Assembly: GCA_950097015.1 (NCBI GenBank)
Contig: CATNEN010000001.1
Span: 5,022,001 to 5,086,000 of the forward strand
Origin: Macrostomum hystrix
Lineage: Eukaryota; Animalia; Platyhelminthes
DNA: 64,000 nt
Direction: 5' to 3'
Shown: piece by piece, positions 51,980-63,824 of the stretch
Position numbering within the stretch: position 1 is the first letter of the stretch
Layout of the letters: each line of letters begins with the position of its first letter
The notes under the pieces: model-generated
What the model was told of the DNA's origin: nothing
What the model saw: only the letters and a program-made list of their open reading frames with translations
The model's database searches: none
Translations under genes and position numbers: made by a program

Positions 51980-52399
51980 TGGACTGATGGATTATCGTTG
52001 TTGTTGTTGTGTTGTAACTTACCTCTTTGTGTAACTTGCTAGACATGATGTCTAACCGTAATATTTTTCGTTCAAACTATGAATTACAAGCCAGAGCAAT
52101 AAAGAACCTAATGTATATACCGGTTTCTAGGAAATTCCAAATGGGATTTCCCTGAAAAACTCACCTGCTAGGGCAATCCTACATCCTTTATTGTTCTTTA
52201 ACATGAAATTGCTCCTCATCAGTATCTAAAAGGTGGGATTTTTCCCATATAAAAATCGACACCTAATCAGTGTCTATCAACAGAGATTTCCCCATTGTTA
52301 ATCGACTCATAATCAGTACCTAACAGGTGAGATTTCCCTATTAAAAATCGACTCTCTACCTGTGCCTACCTGTGCCTAACATCTGGGATTTCCCTAAAA

Positions 52400-54932
52400 A
52401 ATCGACTCCTAATACGTAACTAGCGTCTGTGATTTCCCTAACAAGAATAGACTCCTAATCAGTGTCTATTGTCTGGGATTTCCCTAACAAGAATAGACTC
52501 CTAATCAGTGTCTATCGTCTGGGATTTCCCTAACAAGAATAGACTCCTAATCAGTGTCTATCGTCTGGGATTTCCCTAACAAGAATAGACTCCTAATCAG
52601 TGTCTATTGTCTGGGATTTCCTTAACAAGAATAGACTCCTAATCAGTGTCCATTGTCTGGGATTTCCCTAACAAGAATAGACTCCTAATAAGTGTCTATT
52701 GTCTGGGATTTCCATAACAAGAATAGACTCCTAATCAGTGTCTATTGTCTGGGATTTCCCTAACAAGAATAGACTCCTAATATATATATATATATAGACG
52801 CAAAAAGTTAGATAGCTTTTGCGCGCACGCGCTCGCAGAACAGACTCCTAATCAGTGTCTATTGTCTGGGATTTCCCTAACAAGAATAGACTCCTAATCA
52901 GTGTCTATTGTCTGGGATTTCCTTAACAAGAATAGACTCCTAATCAGTGTCTATTGTCTAGGATTTCCCTAACAAGAATAGACTCCTAATCAGTGTCTAT
53001 CTTTTAGGATTTTCCTAACACGAATAGACTCCTAATCAGCGTCTAACGTCTGGGATTTCCCTAAGAAAAATAGACTCCGAATCAGTGTCTATTGTTTGGG
53101 ATTTCCCTAACAAGAATAGACTCCTAATCAGTGTCTATTGTCTGGGATTTCCCTAACAAAAATAGACTCCGAATCAGTGTCTATAGTCTGGGATTTCCCT
53201 AACAAGAATAGACTCCTAATCAGTGTCCATTGTCTGGGATTTCCCTAACAAGAATAGACTCCTAATCAGTGTCTATTGTCTGGGATTTCCCTAACAAGAA
53301 TAGACTCCTTATCAGTGTCTATTGTCTGGGATTTCCCTAACAAGAATAGACTCCTTATCAGTGTCTATTGTCTGGGATTTTCCTAACACGAATAGACTCC
53401 TAATCAGCGTCTAACGTCTGGGATTTCCCTAACAAAAATAGACTCCGAATCAGTGTCTATTGTCTGGGATTTCCCTAACAAGAATAGACTCCTAATCAGT
53501 GTCTATTGTCTGGGATTTCCCTAACAAAAATAGACTCCGAATCAGTGTCTATAGTCTGGGATTTCCCTAACAAGAATAGACTCCTAATCAGTGTCCATTG
53601 TCTGGGATTTCCCTAACAAGAATAGACTCCTAATCAGTGTCTATAGTCTGGGATTTCCCTAACAAGAATAGACTCCTAATCAGTGTCTATTGTCTGGGAT
53701 TTCCTTAACAAGAATAGACTCCTAATCAGTGTCCATTGTCTGGGATTTCCCTAACAAGAATAGAATCCTAATCAGTGTCTATTGTCTGGGATTTCCCTAA
53801 CAAGAATAGACTCCTTATCAGTGTCTATTGTCTGGGATTTTCCTAACACGAATAGACTCCTAATCAGCGTCTAACGTCTGGGATTTCCCTAACAAAAATA
53901 GACTCCGAATCAGTGTCTATTGTCTGGGATTTCCCTAACAAGAATAGACTCCTAATCAGTGTCTATTGTCTGGGATTTCCCTAACAAGAATAGACTCCTA
54001 ATCAGTGTCTATTGTCTGGGATTTCCCTAACAAGAATAGAATCCTAATCAGTGTCCATTGTCTGGGATTTCCCTAACAAGAATAGACTCCAAATCAGTGT
54101 CTAACGTCTGGGATTTCCCTAACAAGAATATACTCCTAATCAGTGTCTATTGTCTGGGATTTCTCTAACAATAATAGAATCCTAATCAGTGTCTAACGTC
54201 TGGGATTTCCCTAACAAGAATATACTCCTAATCAGTGTCCATTGTCTGGGATTTCCCTAACAAGAATATACTCCTAATCAGTGTCCATTGTCTGGGATTT
54301 CACTAACAAGTATAGACTCCTAATCAGTGTCTATTGTCTGGGATTTCCCTAACTAGAATAGACTCCTAATCAGCGTCTAACGTCTGGGATTTCCCTAACA
54401 AGAATAGACTCCTAATCAGTGTCTAACGTCTGGGATTTCCCTAACAAGAATATACTCCTAATCAGTGTCTATCGTCTGGGATTTCTCTAACAATAATAGA
54501 ATCCTAATCAGCGTCTAACGTCTGGGATTTTCCTAACAAGAATAGACTCCTAATCAGTGTCTAACGTCTGGGATTTCCCTAACAAGAATATACTCCTAAT
54601 CAGTGTCCATTGTCTGGGATTTCCCTAACAAGGATAGACTCATAATCAGTGTCTATTGTCTGGGATTTCCATAACAAGGATAGACTCATAATCAGTGTCT
54701 ATTGTCTGGGATTTCCCTAACAAGGATAGACTCATAATCAGTGTCTATTGTCTGGGATTTCCCTAACAAGGATAGACTCCTAATCAGTGTCCATTGTCTG
54801 GGATTTCCCTAACAAGGATAGACTCATAATCAGTGTCTATTGTCTGGGATTTCCCTAACAAGGATAGACTCATAATCAGTGTCTATTGTCTGGGATTTCC
54901 CTAACAAGAATAGAATCCTAATCAGTGTCTAT
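52400..54932. repeat. Minisatellite, 46-bp unit AACAAGAATAGACTCCTAATCAGTGTCTATTGTCTGGGATTTCCCT
   Basis: Direct inspection. Confidence 0.97.
52782..52841 (-). mobile_element. ~60-bp insertion with (TA)n tail and 11-bp target-site duplication
   Basis: Interrupts a 46-bp array; AGACTCCTAAT occurs at both 52771-52781 and 52842-52852. Confidence 0.65.
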
Positions 54933-55206
54933 AAGTGTTGAATTTACCTAATAAAAATTTATACTAATCAATGTTTGATTTCCTTGTACTTTAGTTTTAA
55001 TTCTCGCTACTAAAGTACGTAAATAAACTTGTTGTACTGTAATAACGGACGTCGTTAATATAATTTTTAAATAAAATATATTGTCACGACTGTAAAAATA
55101 GAAATTGATGACCAATTCTTACAACTCGTGCTTAAAAATAATTTTTATATTAGATTTTTATTTTAAAAGTGTTATAGTTTATCAATATAAATCTAATTTA
55201 TTGAAT

Positions 55207-55220
55207 CGTAACTGTTTCAG
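55207..55220 (+). promoter_or_regulatory. Putative trans-splice acceptor of NUB1 (cgtaactgtttcag)
   Basis: TTTCAG preceded by a branch-like TAAC; the NUB1 frame starts in phase 0; in-frame TAA at 55209-55211. Confidence 0.75.
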
Positions 55221-58200
55221 GATGAACACGAGTTGCTTGTCAAACTGCGTCAAGCATTACGCAGTAGATCTATTAAACTGTGGGAGCCGCCATATACTTT
55301 TAAAACCAATGACGGTCTGGGCGAAGCGGACTCTACTGGGATGAGTTCATTAACGACTAGTTTGTCCAATGAATTGCGCCTATGTCCAGCGGCCTGCGCT
55401 AAGGCTTTGGAAAATTTGCGTAGGCAAGCTTTGGATAATGCCGAATCACTGGCTCATTATCGAGCTACACAGGAGGCTACTATGAAAGTGCGTCTACCTC
55501 GGGGTCACGAGCCTCAGGTGCTTAGAATCCGGTGCAGCCTACAGTCAACAGGTTATCAATTCAAATCGTTGATTGTAGCTCAGGCTGGTCAACAACTGTC
55601 TATGGCCGGCGTTACCCTAATCTGCAATGGTCGAGTGTTGGACGACGCATTGTCGCTTGGTTAGTCTTGTCTAAAATTCGAACTCTCGACCTTTTTGTTG
55701 TGTAGTTCAAAGCAAACTACAATTTTCATTAAGGTTTGAAGTTAGAATCCAAAGTACTACTAATGAGCAGTAAAATTATGCCTAAATTTGTTAAGGGGTT
55801 AGCGTGTTGGCCTCTCGAACCATTGTAACTGAGCTCGATTCCGCGGCGAGGCCACATTCATATAGGGGCGCTGCCACGGCGAGAAGGCTTAGGGTTGTCG
55901 TAAAATTTGAGGTCCAACCTCCAAGGCACAGTGAGAGTGTACACTGCCTGACAATGAGAAAGTCTGTGTACGGTATCTGTGTGCGTGTGTGCTCAGGAGT
56001 CAGTGAAATGGGCAGAATTGCCTCCTCGCTGTCTGCAAGTCTATTGTCACCAAATGATGTGCCATTGCCCGCAGCCCTCCTGCAATGATTATATATTATT
56101 ACTATGCCTCTAATGGTGGTGTTATAGTAAAATATTTACTATATATCCCAATCCCTATGTTAGGCAACCAAGGCTTTCAGAATGCTAGCAGCGTTATGGT
56201 TTTAATACGCGCCGCTCCGGACGATGTTGAAAATCTGCGCACCTCCGCCGACGACGCCGACGCTCTACGCGAAGCCGAATCCGAAGCCGTACTATTGGCC
56301 GGCGAAGATGACCCAGAATCCGGACCGGGCGGCGGCATTGGCGTCGGGACCGGCATGCTAGATGTGACTAATCAGAGAGGAGAACGATTGCAGCTGCCCA
56401 AGGAGCATAGGAAGGCTCTGTACTATGCGATGATTCTCGGAGAGAAGGTTTGTTATGTGCAATGGTGTCAAAAGTTAATTTCTAGATTGAGAGTTTCTAG
56501 ATTGAGAGTTTCTAGATTGATAGTGGAAAGGTAGAGTTGATTGGGAGATGTGAAGTAAATAGTGAGAGGTATAGTAGATTCGGATAGGAAGAGTAGATAG
56601 GGAGAGGTAGAGTAGATAGGGAGAGGTAGAGTAGATAGAGAGGTAGAGTAGATAGGGAGAGGTAGAGTAGATCGGGAGAGGTAGAGTAGATAGGGAGAGG
56701 TAGAGTAGATAGGGAGAGGTAGAGTAGATCGGGAGAGGTAGAGTAGATAGGGAGAGGTAGAGTAGATAGGGAGAGGTAGAGTAGATAGTCAGAGGTAGAG
56801 TAGATCGGGAAGGTGCAGGGGTAGAGTGGAAGGTGCAGGGGTAGAGTAGAAGGTGCAGGGGTAGAGTAGAAGGTGTAGTGGTAGAGTAGAAGGTGCAGGG
56901 GTAGAGTGGAAGGTGCAGGGGTAGAGTGGAAGGTGCAGGGGTAGAGTGGAAGGTGCAGGGGTAGAGTAGAAGGTGCAGGGGTAGAGTAGAAGGTGTAGTG
57001 GTAGAGTAGAAGGTGCAGGGGTAGAGTGGAAGGTGCAGGGGTAGAGTGGAAGGTGCAGGGGTAGAGTGGAAGGTGCAGGGGTAGAGTGGAAGGTGCAGGG
57101 GTAGAGTGGAAGGTGCAGGGGTAGAGTGGAAGGTGCAGGGGTAGAGTGGAAGGTGCAGGGGTAGAGTGGAAGGTGTCTTACTTGACTTGGCTTGCAGACT
57201 GGCCCAACTCGTGTCCCAATTAACTTCAGGGCAAGGCCGCCCTTCGCTCCGGTGAGCACGGTCGCGCACTACTCCTGCTGCTATCAGCCGACGAAGCATT
57301 TCAACGCGTTGATCGCAGTCTATTAGACAAGGTCGATAATCACGCTCTACTGCAGCTAGACACCGTCTGGTGCTATCTGTGCCTGAGTCGGCTTGACGAA
57401 CTAGCCGACGCTTGGGATCGACTCGGCAAGGCCGAGCGGGCCCTGGCTAAGGCCTACGGAGAGCGACTGGAACGAGTTGAAGCTGTTAAAGGTGAGATTG
57501 CGTTGATCATTATTTAAAATACTCTTCTCTACATAAGATCTACTTCTCTCCGCTAAAAAAACCGCTCCCTCCCTTTAAAATCCGCTCCGTCCATTTAAAA
57601 TCCGCTTCCTCCATTTAGAATCCGCTCCATTCATTCAGATTCCACTCCCTCCATTCAGGATCCGCTCCCTACATTCAGTATCCGCTCCTTCCATTTAGAA
57701 TCCGCTCCATTCATTCAGATTCCACTCCCTCCATTCAGGATCCGCTCCCTACATTCAGTATCCGCTCCTTCCATTTAAAATCCGCTCCCTACATCTAGAC
57801 TCTATTATCTACATCTAGACTCTATTATCTTCATCTAGAATCCGCTCCCTTTATCAAGAATCCGCTCCCTTCATCTAGAATCCGCTCCCTTCATCTAGAA
57901 CCAGCTCCCTTCATCTAGAATCCGCTCCCTTCATCTAGAATCCGCTCCCTTCATCTAGAACCAGCTCCCTTCATCTAGAACTGGCTCCCTTCATCTAGAA
58001 CCAGCTCCCTTCATCTAGAATCCGCTCCCTTCATCTAGAACCCGCTCCCTTCATCTAGAACCAGCTCCCTTCATCTAGAACCAGCTCCCTTCATCTAGAA
58101 TCCGCTCCCTTCATCTAGAATCCGCTCCCTTCATCTAGAACCAGCTCCCTTCATCTAGAATACGCTCCCTTCATCTAGAATCCGCTCCCTTCATCTAGAA

Positions 58201-61200
58201 CCAGCTCCCTTCATCTAGAATTCGCTCCCTTCATCTAGAACCAGCTCCCTTCATCTAGAACCAGCTCCCTTCATCTAGAACCCGCTCCCTTCATCTAGAA
58301 CCAGCTCCCTTCATCTAGAACCAGCTCCCTTCATCTAGAATCCGCTCCCTTCATCTAGAATACGCTCCCTTCATCTAGAATCCGCTCCCTTCATCTAGAA
58401 TCCGCTCCCTTCATCTAGAACCAGCTCCCTTCATCTAAAATCCGCTCCCTTCATCTAGAATCCGCTCCCTTCATCTAGAACCAGCTCCCTTCATCTAGAA
58501 CCAGCTCCCTTCATCTAGAATCCGCTCCCTTCATCTAGAACCAGCTCCCTTCATCTAAAATCCGCTCCCTTCATCTAGAATACGCTCCCTCCATCTAGAA
58601 TCCGCTCCCTTCATCCCTTACAGGCACCTCAGCCGGCGGCGAAAGAATCCATCTACTGAGGCTGCACCTACTAAAAGCAATGTGCTGCTTCTATAGCAAT
58701 CGATTGGACGAGGCCACGAATGAGGCCAACTTAGCCTCTGGCGAACTGGATAGATTAGCCATAGACGATGCCGGACTGAGCAGACTAATGGAGATGGGAT
58801 TCACCGTGTTGGAATCTCGCCTAGCGTTGCGTCATTGCGCCAACAATGCCGAAATGGCCACGGAATGGATTGTAGCCCGCAGGGAGCGACAACGAAATCA
58901 AGCCATTGAGAGGCGTCTGGCGCGACGTTTGGGCTATCTGGACGATGGCAAAACGGCCGTATCGGCTAGCGATTGTCGTCGGTTAATTGAAATGGGCTAC
59001 TTAGAGAGCCACTCGCATGAGGCTCTGGTGCTGACTAGAAATAATCTAGAAGCTGCACTGACCCTGCTGCAGGAAGATCAGGATAGATTGCAGGTGATTT
59101 TAGTCGGAAATATGTCTTTCTTTGTAGGTCAAGTTAGCGACGGGTTTAATCATAAAAAATGAAAATAGACCGGGTGTTTAAATAGGTTTACAGCCATTAG
59201 ATTCTCCGTTCAATAACCACTACTCAATAACAGTATTTGACCAGCCTAAACTCGAGCTGATAGAGGATTAGTAACTTAGATTGGATTAGGATCTAAGAGA
59301 GGATTAGTAACTGAGATGGTATTAATAACAGAGAAGATTAGTACCTTATAGATTAGAGTATTAGTAAGGACTGAAGGCATGAGGAACTGAAATGAACTGA
59401 TTAGGTACTAGAGTAAGGTGTTACTGATACGAGATTAGTAGCTGAGGGAGGATTAGTAACTAATATGGCATTGGATAGGAGAGGATTAGGAGCTGGGAGG
59501 GGATTAGTAACTAATATGGCATTGGATAGGAGAGGATTAGGAGCTGGGAGGGGATTAGTAGCTAATATGGCATTGGATAGCAGAGGATTAGGAGCTGGGA
59601 GGGATTAGTAACTAATATGGCATTGGATAGCAGAGGATTAGGAGCTGGGAGGGATTAGTAACTAATATGGCATTGGATAGGAGAGGATTAGGAGCTGGGA
59701 GGATTAGTAACTAATATGGCATTGGATAGCAGAGGATTATGAGCTGGGAGGGGATTAGTAGCTAATATGGCATTGGATAGCAGAGGATTAGGAGCTGGGA
59801 GGGGATTAGTAGCTAATATGGCATTGGATAGCAGAGGATTAGGAGCTGGGAGGGGATTAGTAACTAATATGGCATTGGATAGGAGAGGATTAGGAGCTGG
59901 GAGGGGATTAGTAGCTAATATGGCATTGGATAGCAGAGGATTAGGAGCTGGGAGGGATTAGTAACTAATATGGCATTGGATAGCAGAGGATTAGGAGCTG
60001 GGAGGGGATTAGTAGCTAATATGGCATTGGATAGCAGAGGATTAGGAGCTGGGAGGGGATTAGTAACTAATATGGCATTGGATAGCAGAGGATTAGGAGC
60101 TGGGAGGGGATTAGTAGCTAATATGGCATTGGATAGCAGAGGATTAGGAGCTGGGAGGGGATTAGTAGCTAATATAATATGGCATTGGATAGGAGAGGAT
60201 TAGGAGCTGGGAGGGGATTAGTAACTAATATGGCATTGGATAGCAGAGGATTAGGAGCTGGGAGGGGATTAGTAACTAATATGGCATTGGATAGGAGAGG
60301 ATTAGGAGCTGGGAGGGGATTAGTAACTAATATGGCATTGGATTGCAGAGGATTAGGAGCTGGGAGGGGATTAGTAACTAATATGGCATTGGATAGCAGA
60401 GGATTAGGAGCTGGGAGGGGATTAGTAACTAATATGGCATTGGATAGCAGAGGATTAGGAGCTGGGAGGGGATTAGTAACTAATATGGCATTGGATTGCA
60501 GAGGATTAGGAGCTGGGAGGGGATTAGTAACTAATATGGCATTGGATAGCAGAGGATTAGGAGCTGGGAGGGGATTAGTAACTAATATGGCATTGGATAG
60601 CAGAGGATTAGGAGCTGGGAGGGGATTAGTAACTAATATGGCATTGGATAGCAGAGGATTAGTAGCTGGGAAGGGATTAGTAACTAATATGGCATTGGAT
60701 AGCAGAGGATTAGGAGCTGGGAGGGGATTAGTAACTAATATGGCATTGGATAGGAGAGGATTAGGAGCTGGGAGGGGATTAGTAGCTAATATGGCATTGG
60801 ATAGCAGAGGATTAGGAGCTGGGAGGGGATTAGTAGCTAATATGGCATTGGATAGCAGAGGATTAGGAGCTGGGAGGGGATTAGTAACTAATATGGCATT
60901 GGATAGCAGAGGATTAGGAGCTGGGAGGGGATTAGTAACTAATATGACATTGGATAGCAGAGGATTAGGAGCTGGGAGGGGATTAGTAACTAATATGGCA
61001 TTGGATAGCAGAGGATTAGGAGCTGGGAGGGGATTAGTAACTAATATGACATTGGATAGGAGAGGATTAGGAGCTGGGAGGGGATTAGTAACTAATATGG
61101 CATTGGATAGCAGAGGATTAGGAGCTGGGAGGGGATTAGTAACTAATATGGCATTGGATAGCAGAGGATTAGGAGCTGGGAGGGATTAGTAACTAATATG

Positions 61201-63824
61201 GCATTGGATAGCAGAGGATTAGGAGCTGGGAGGGGATTAGTAACTAATATGGCATTGGATAGGAGAGGATTAGGAGCTGGGAGGGGATTAGTAACTAATA
61301 TGGCATTGGATAGCAGAGGATTAGGAGCTGGGAGGGGATTAGTAACTAATATGGCATTGGATAGGAGAGGATTAGGAGCTGGGAGGGGATTAGTAACTAA
61401 TATGGCATTGGATAGCAGAGGATTAGGAGCTGGGAGGGGATTAGTAGCTAATATAATATGGCATTGGATAGGAGAGGATTAGGAGCTGGGAGGGGATTAC
61501 TAACTAATTTGGCATTGGATAGCAGAGGATTAGGAGCTGGGAGGGATTAGTAACTAATATGGCATTGGATAGCAGAGGATTAGGAGCTGGGAGGGGATTA
61601 GTAGCTAATATAATATGGCATTGGATAGGAGAGGATTAGGAGCTGGGAGGGGATTAGTAACTAATATGGCATTGGATAGCAGAGGATTAGGAGCTGGGAG
61701 GGATTAGTAACTAATATGGCATTGGATAGGAGAGGATTAGGAGCTGGGAGGGATTAGTAACTAATATGGCATTGGATAGGAGAGGATTAGGAGCTGGGAG
61801 GGGATTAGTAGCTAATATGGCATTGGATAGGAGAGGATTAGGAGCTGGGAGGGGATTAGTAGCTAATATAATATGGCATTGGATAGGAGAGGATTAAGAG
61901 CTGGGAGGGGATTAGTAACTAATATGGCATTGGATAGCAGAGGATTAGGAGCTGGGAGGGATTAGTAACTAATATGGCATTGGATAGCAGAGGATTAGGA
62001 GCTGGGAGGGATTAGTAACTAATATGGCATTGGATAGGAGAGGATTAGGAGCTGGGAGGGGATTAGTAGCTAATATGGCATTGGATAGCAGAGGATTAGG
62101 AGCTGGGAGGGGATTAGTAGCTAATATAATATGGCATTGGATAGGAGAGGATTAGGAGCTGGGAGGGGATTAGTAACTAATATGGCATTGGATAGCAGAG
62201 GATTAGGAGCTGGGAGGGATTAGTAACTAATATGGCATTGGATAGCAGAGGATTAGGAGCTGGGAGGGATTAGTAACTAATATGGCATTGGATAGGAGAG
62301 GATTAGGAGCTGGGAGGGGATTAGTAGCTAATATGGCATTGGATAGGAGAGGATTAGGAGCTGGGAGGGGATTAGTAGCTAATATAATATGGCATTGGAT
62401 AGGAGAGGATTAGGAGCTGGGAGGGGATTAGTAACTAATATGGCATTGGATAGCAGAGGATTAGGAGCTGGGAGGGATTAGTACCTAATATGGCATTGGA
62501 TAGCAGAGGATTAGGAGCTGGGAGGGATTAGTAACTAATATGGCATTGGATAGGAGAGGATTAGGAGCTGGGAGGGGATTAGTAGCTAATATGGCATTGG
62601 ATAGCAGAGGATTAGGAGCTGGGAGGGGATTAGTAGCTAATATGGCATTGGATAGCAGAGGATTAGGAGCTGGGAGGGGATTAGTAGCTAATATGGCATT
62701 GGATAGCAGAGGATTAGGAGCTGGGAGGGGATTAGTAGCTAATATGGCATTGGATAGCAGAGGATTAGGAGCTGGGAGGGGATTAGTAACTAATATGGCA
62801 TTGGATAGCAGAGGATTAGGAGCTGGGAGGGGATTAGTAACTAATATGGCATTGGATAGGAGAGGATTAGGAGCTGGGAGGGGATTAGTAGCTAATATGG
62901 CATTGGATAGCAGAGGATTAGGAGCTGGGAGGGGATTAGTAACTAATATGGCATTGGATAGCAGAGGATTAGGAGCTGGGAGGGGATTAGTAGCTAATAT
63001 GGCATTGGATAGCAGAGGATTAGGAGCTGGGAGGGGATTAGTAGCTAATATGGCATTGGATAGCAGAGGATTAGGAGCTGGGAGGGGATTAGTAGCTAAT
63101 ATGGCATTGGATAGGAGAGGATTAGGAGCTGGGAGGGGATTAGTAACTAATATGGCATTGGATAGGAGAGGATTAGGAGCTGGGAGGGGATTAGTAGCTA
63201 ATATGGCATTGGATAGCAGAGGATTAGGAGCTGCTAGGGCCTAAGGGGTTTCTTAACAGTAAAAATAGACTCTTCTTACTCTTCTATCCCATTTCTCCCC
63301 AATCCATTTTACTCGTCTAGACTTTAGCCGATCGTCGGTACAATGCCAGACTGCAACTGGTTCTGGACACAGCCTCAGCTGCGGGCATCGCTGCAGCTGA
63401 TATAGAACGATTCTCTAGCAAACTGGTCCGCTTAGTCGGTGCTAGATTAGAAGCAATCAGTCGTCAAGAAACCGCCTCCTCTAGGAGAAAGGCACAGCAG
63501 ATTCTAATCGGTTGCGTTGACGATTTGCTAGACGATCAGTCGAATGTTGACGTCGCCGGCAGTTCCGGCGCTGCATCGTCCGATGCCGCGTCGCCTGCCG
63601 CCTCTTGGACTACGGAATCCGAAGGCGAAGCCGATCCTTCGTCCGCCGCCCGCAATATCGGGGTTGTTGCCGATCTGCGCGCCAATTCTCAGCGTCAACG
63701 TAGGGCGTTGGAAAAACTACGCGACGAAGTTGGCGATCAGGATGAAGAGTCGTATTTGGATTCGGATCTGCAGGAGGAGCGACGGCAGTTGGACAGGCTG
63801 TGGGCCATGCTGGGTGCTAAATAG
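55221..63824 (+). CDS. NUB1: NEDD8 ultimate buster 1 (UBL + UBA domains); no ATG before the conserved N-terminus. Exons 55221..55659, 56164..56447, 57230..57491, 58624..59093, 63321..63824
   Basis: KLRQALRSRSIKLWEPPYT, UBL (LICNGRVL), TNQRGERLQLP..KALYYAMILGEKG, DNHALLQLDTVWCY, and two UBA motifs (LMEMGF, LIEMGY). All four introns are GT-AG and phase-consistent. Confidence 0.9.
55795..56100 (+). mobile_element. SINE-like repeat, copy 7 (NUB1 intron 1)
   Basis: Head cctctcgaacc..gagctcgattccgcggcgagg, core, 3' end gcagccctcctgcaat and an AT-rich tail. Confidence 0.7.
56560..57176. repeat. Compound purine-rich minisatellite (19-bp GTAGAGTAGATAGGGAGAG, then 20-bp GTAGAGTGGAAGGTGCAGGG), NUB1 intron 2
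   Basis: Direct inspection. Confidence 0.93.
57560..58616. repeat. Minisatellite, 20-bp unit TCCGCTCCCTTCATCTAGAA, NUB1 intron 3
   Basis: Direct inspection. Confidence 0.95.
59440..63235. repeat. Minisatellite, ~51-bp unit AATATGGCATTGGATAGCAGAGGATTAGGAGCTGGGAGGGGATTAGTAACT, NUB1 intron 4
   Basis: Direct inspection; source of the MALDSRGLGAGRGLVTN artefact ORFs. Confidence 0.97.

Larger units (their letters stand above)
23080..63824 (+). other. Putative SL trans-spliced operon / co-directional cluster of ten genes
   Basis: Ten consecutive same-strand genes, each with a Y-tract-CAG acceptor shortly before the CDS. Acceptor AG ends at 23089, 29409, 33864, 35943, 39599, 41349, 42220, 49159, 51515 and 55220. 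Confidence 0.7.

Noticed and set aside
52400-54932. CRISPR-like appearance of the regular 31-51-bp repeats
   Set aside because: Units are contiguous with no unique spacers, there are no cas genes, and the context is eukaryotic.
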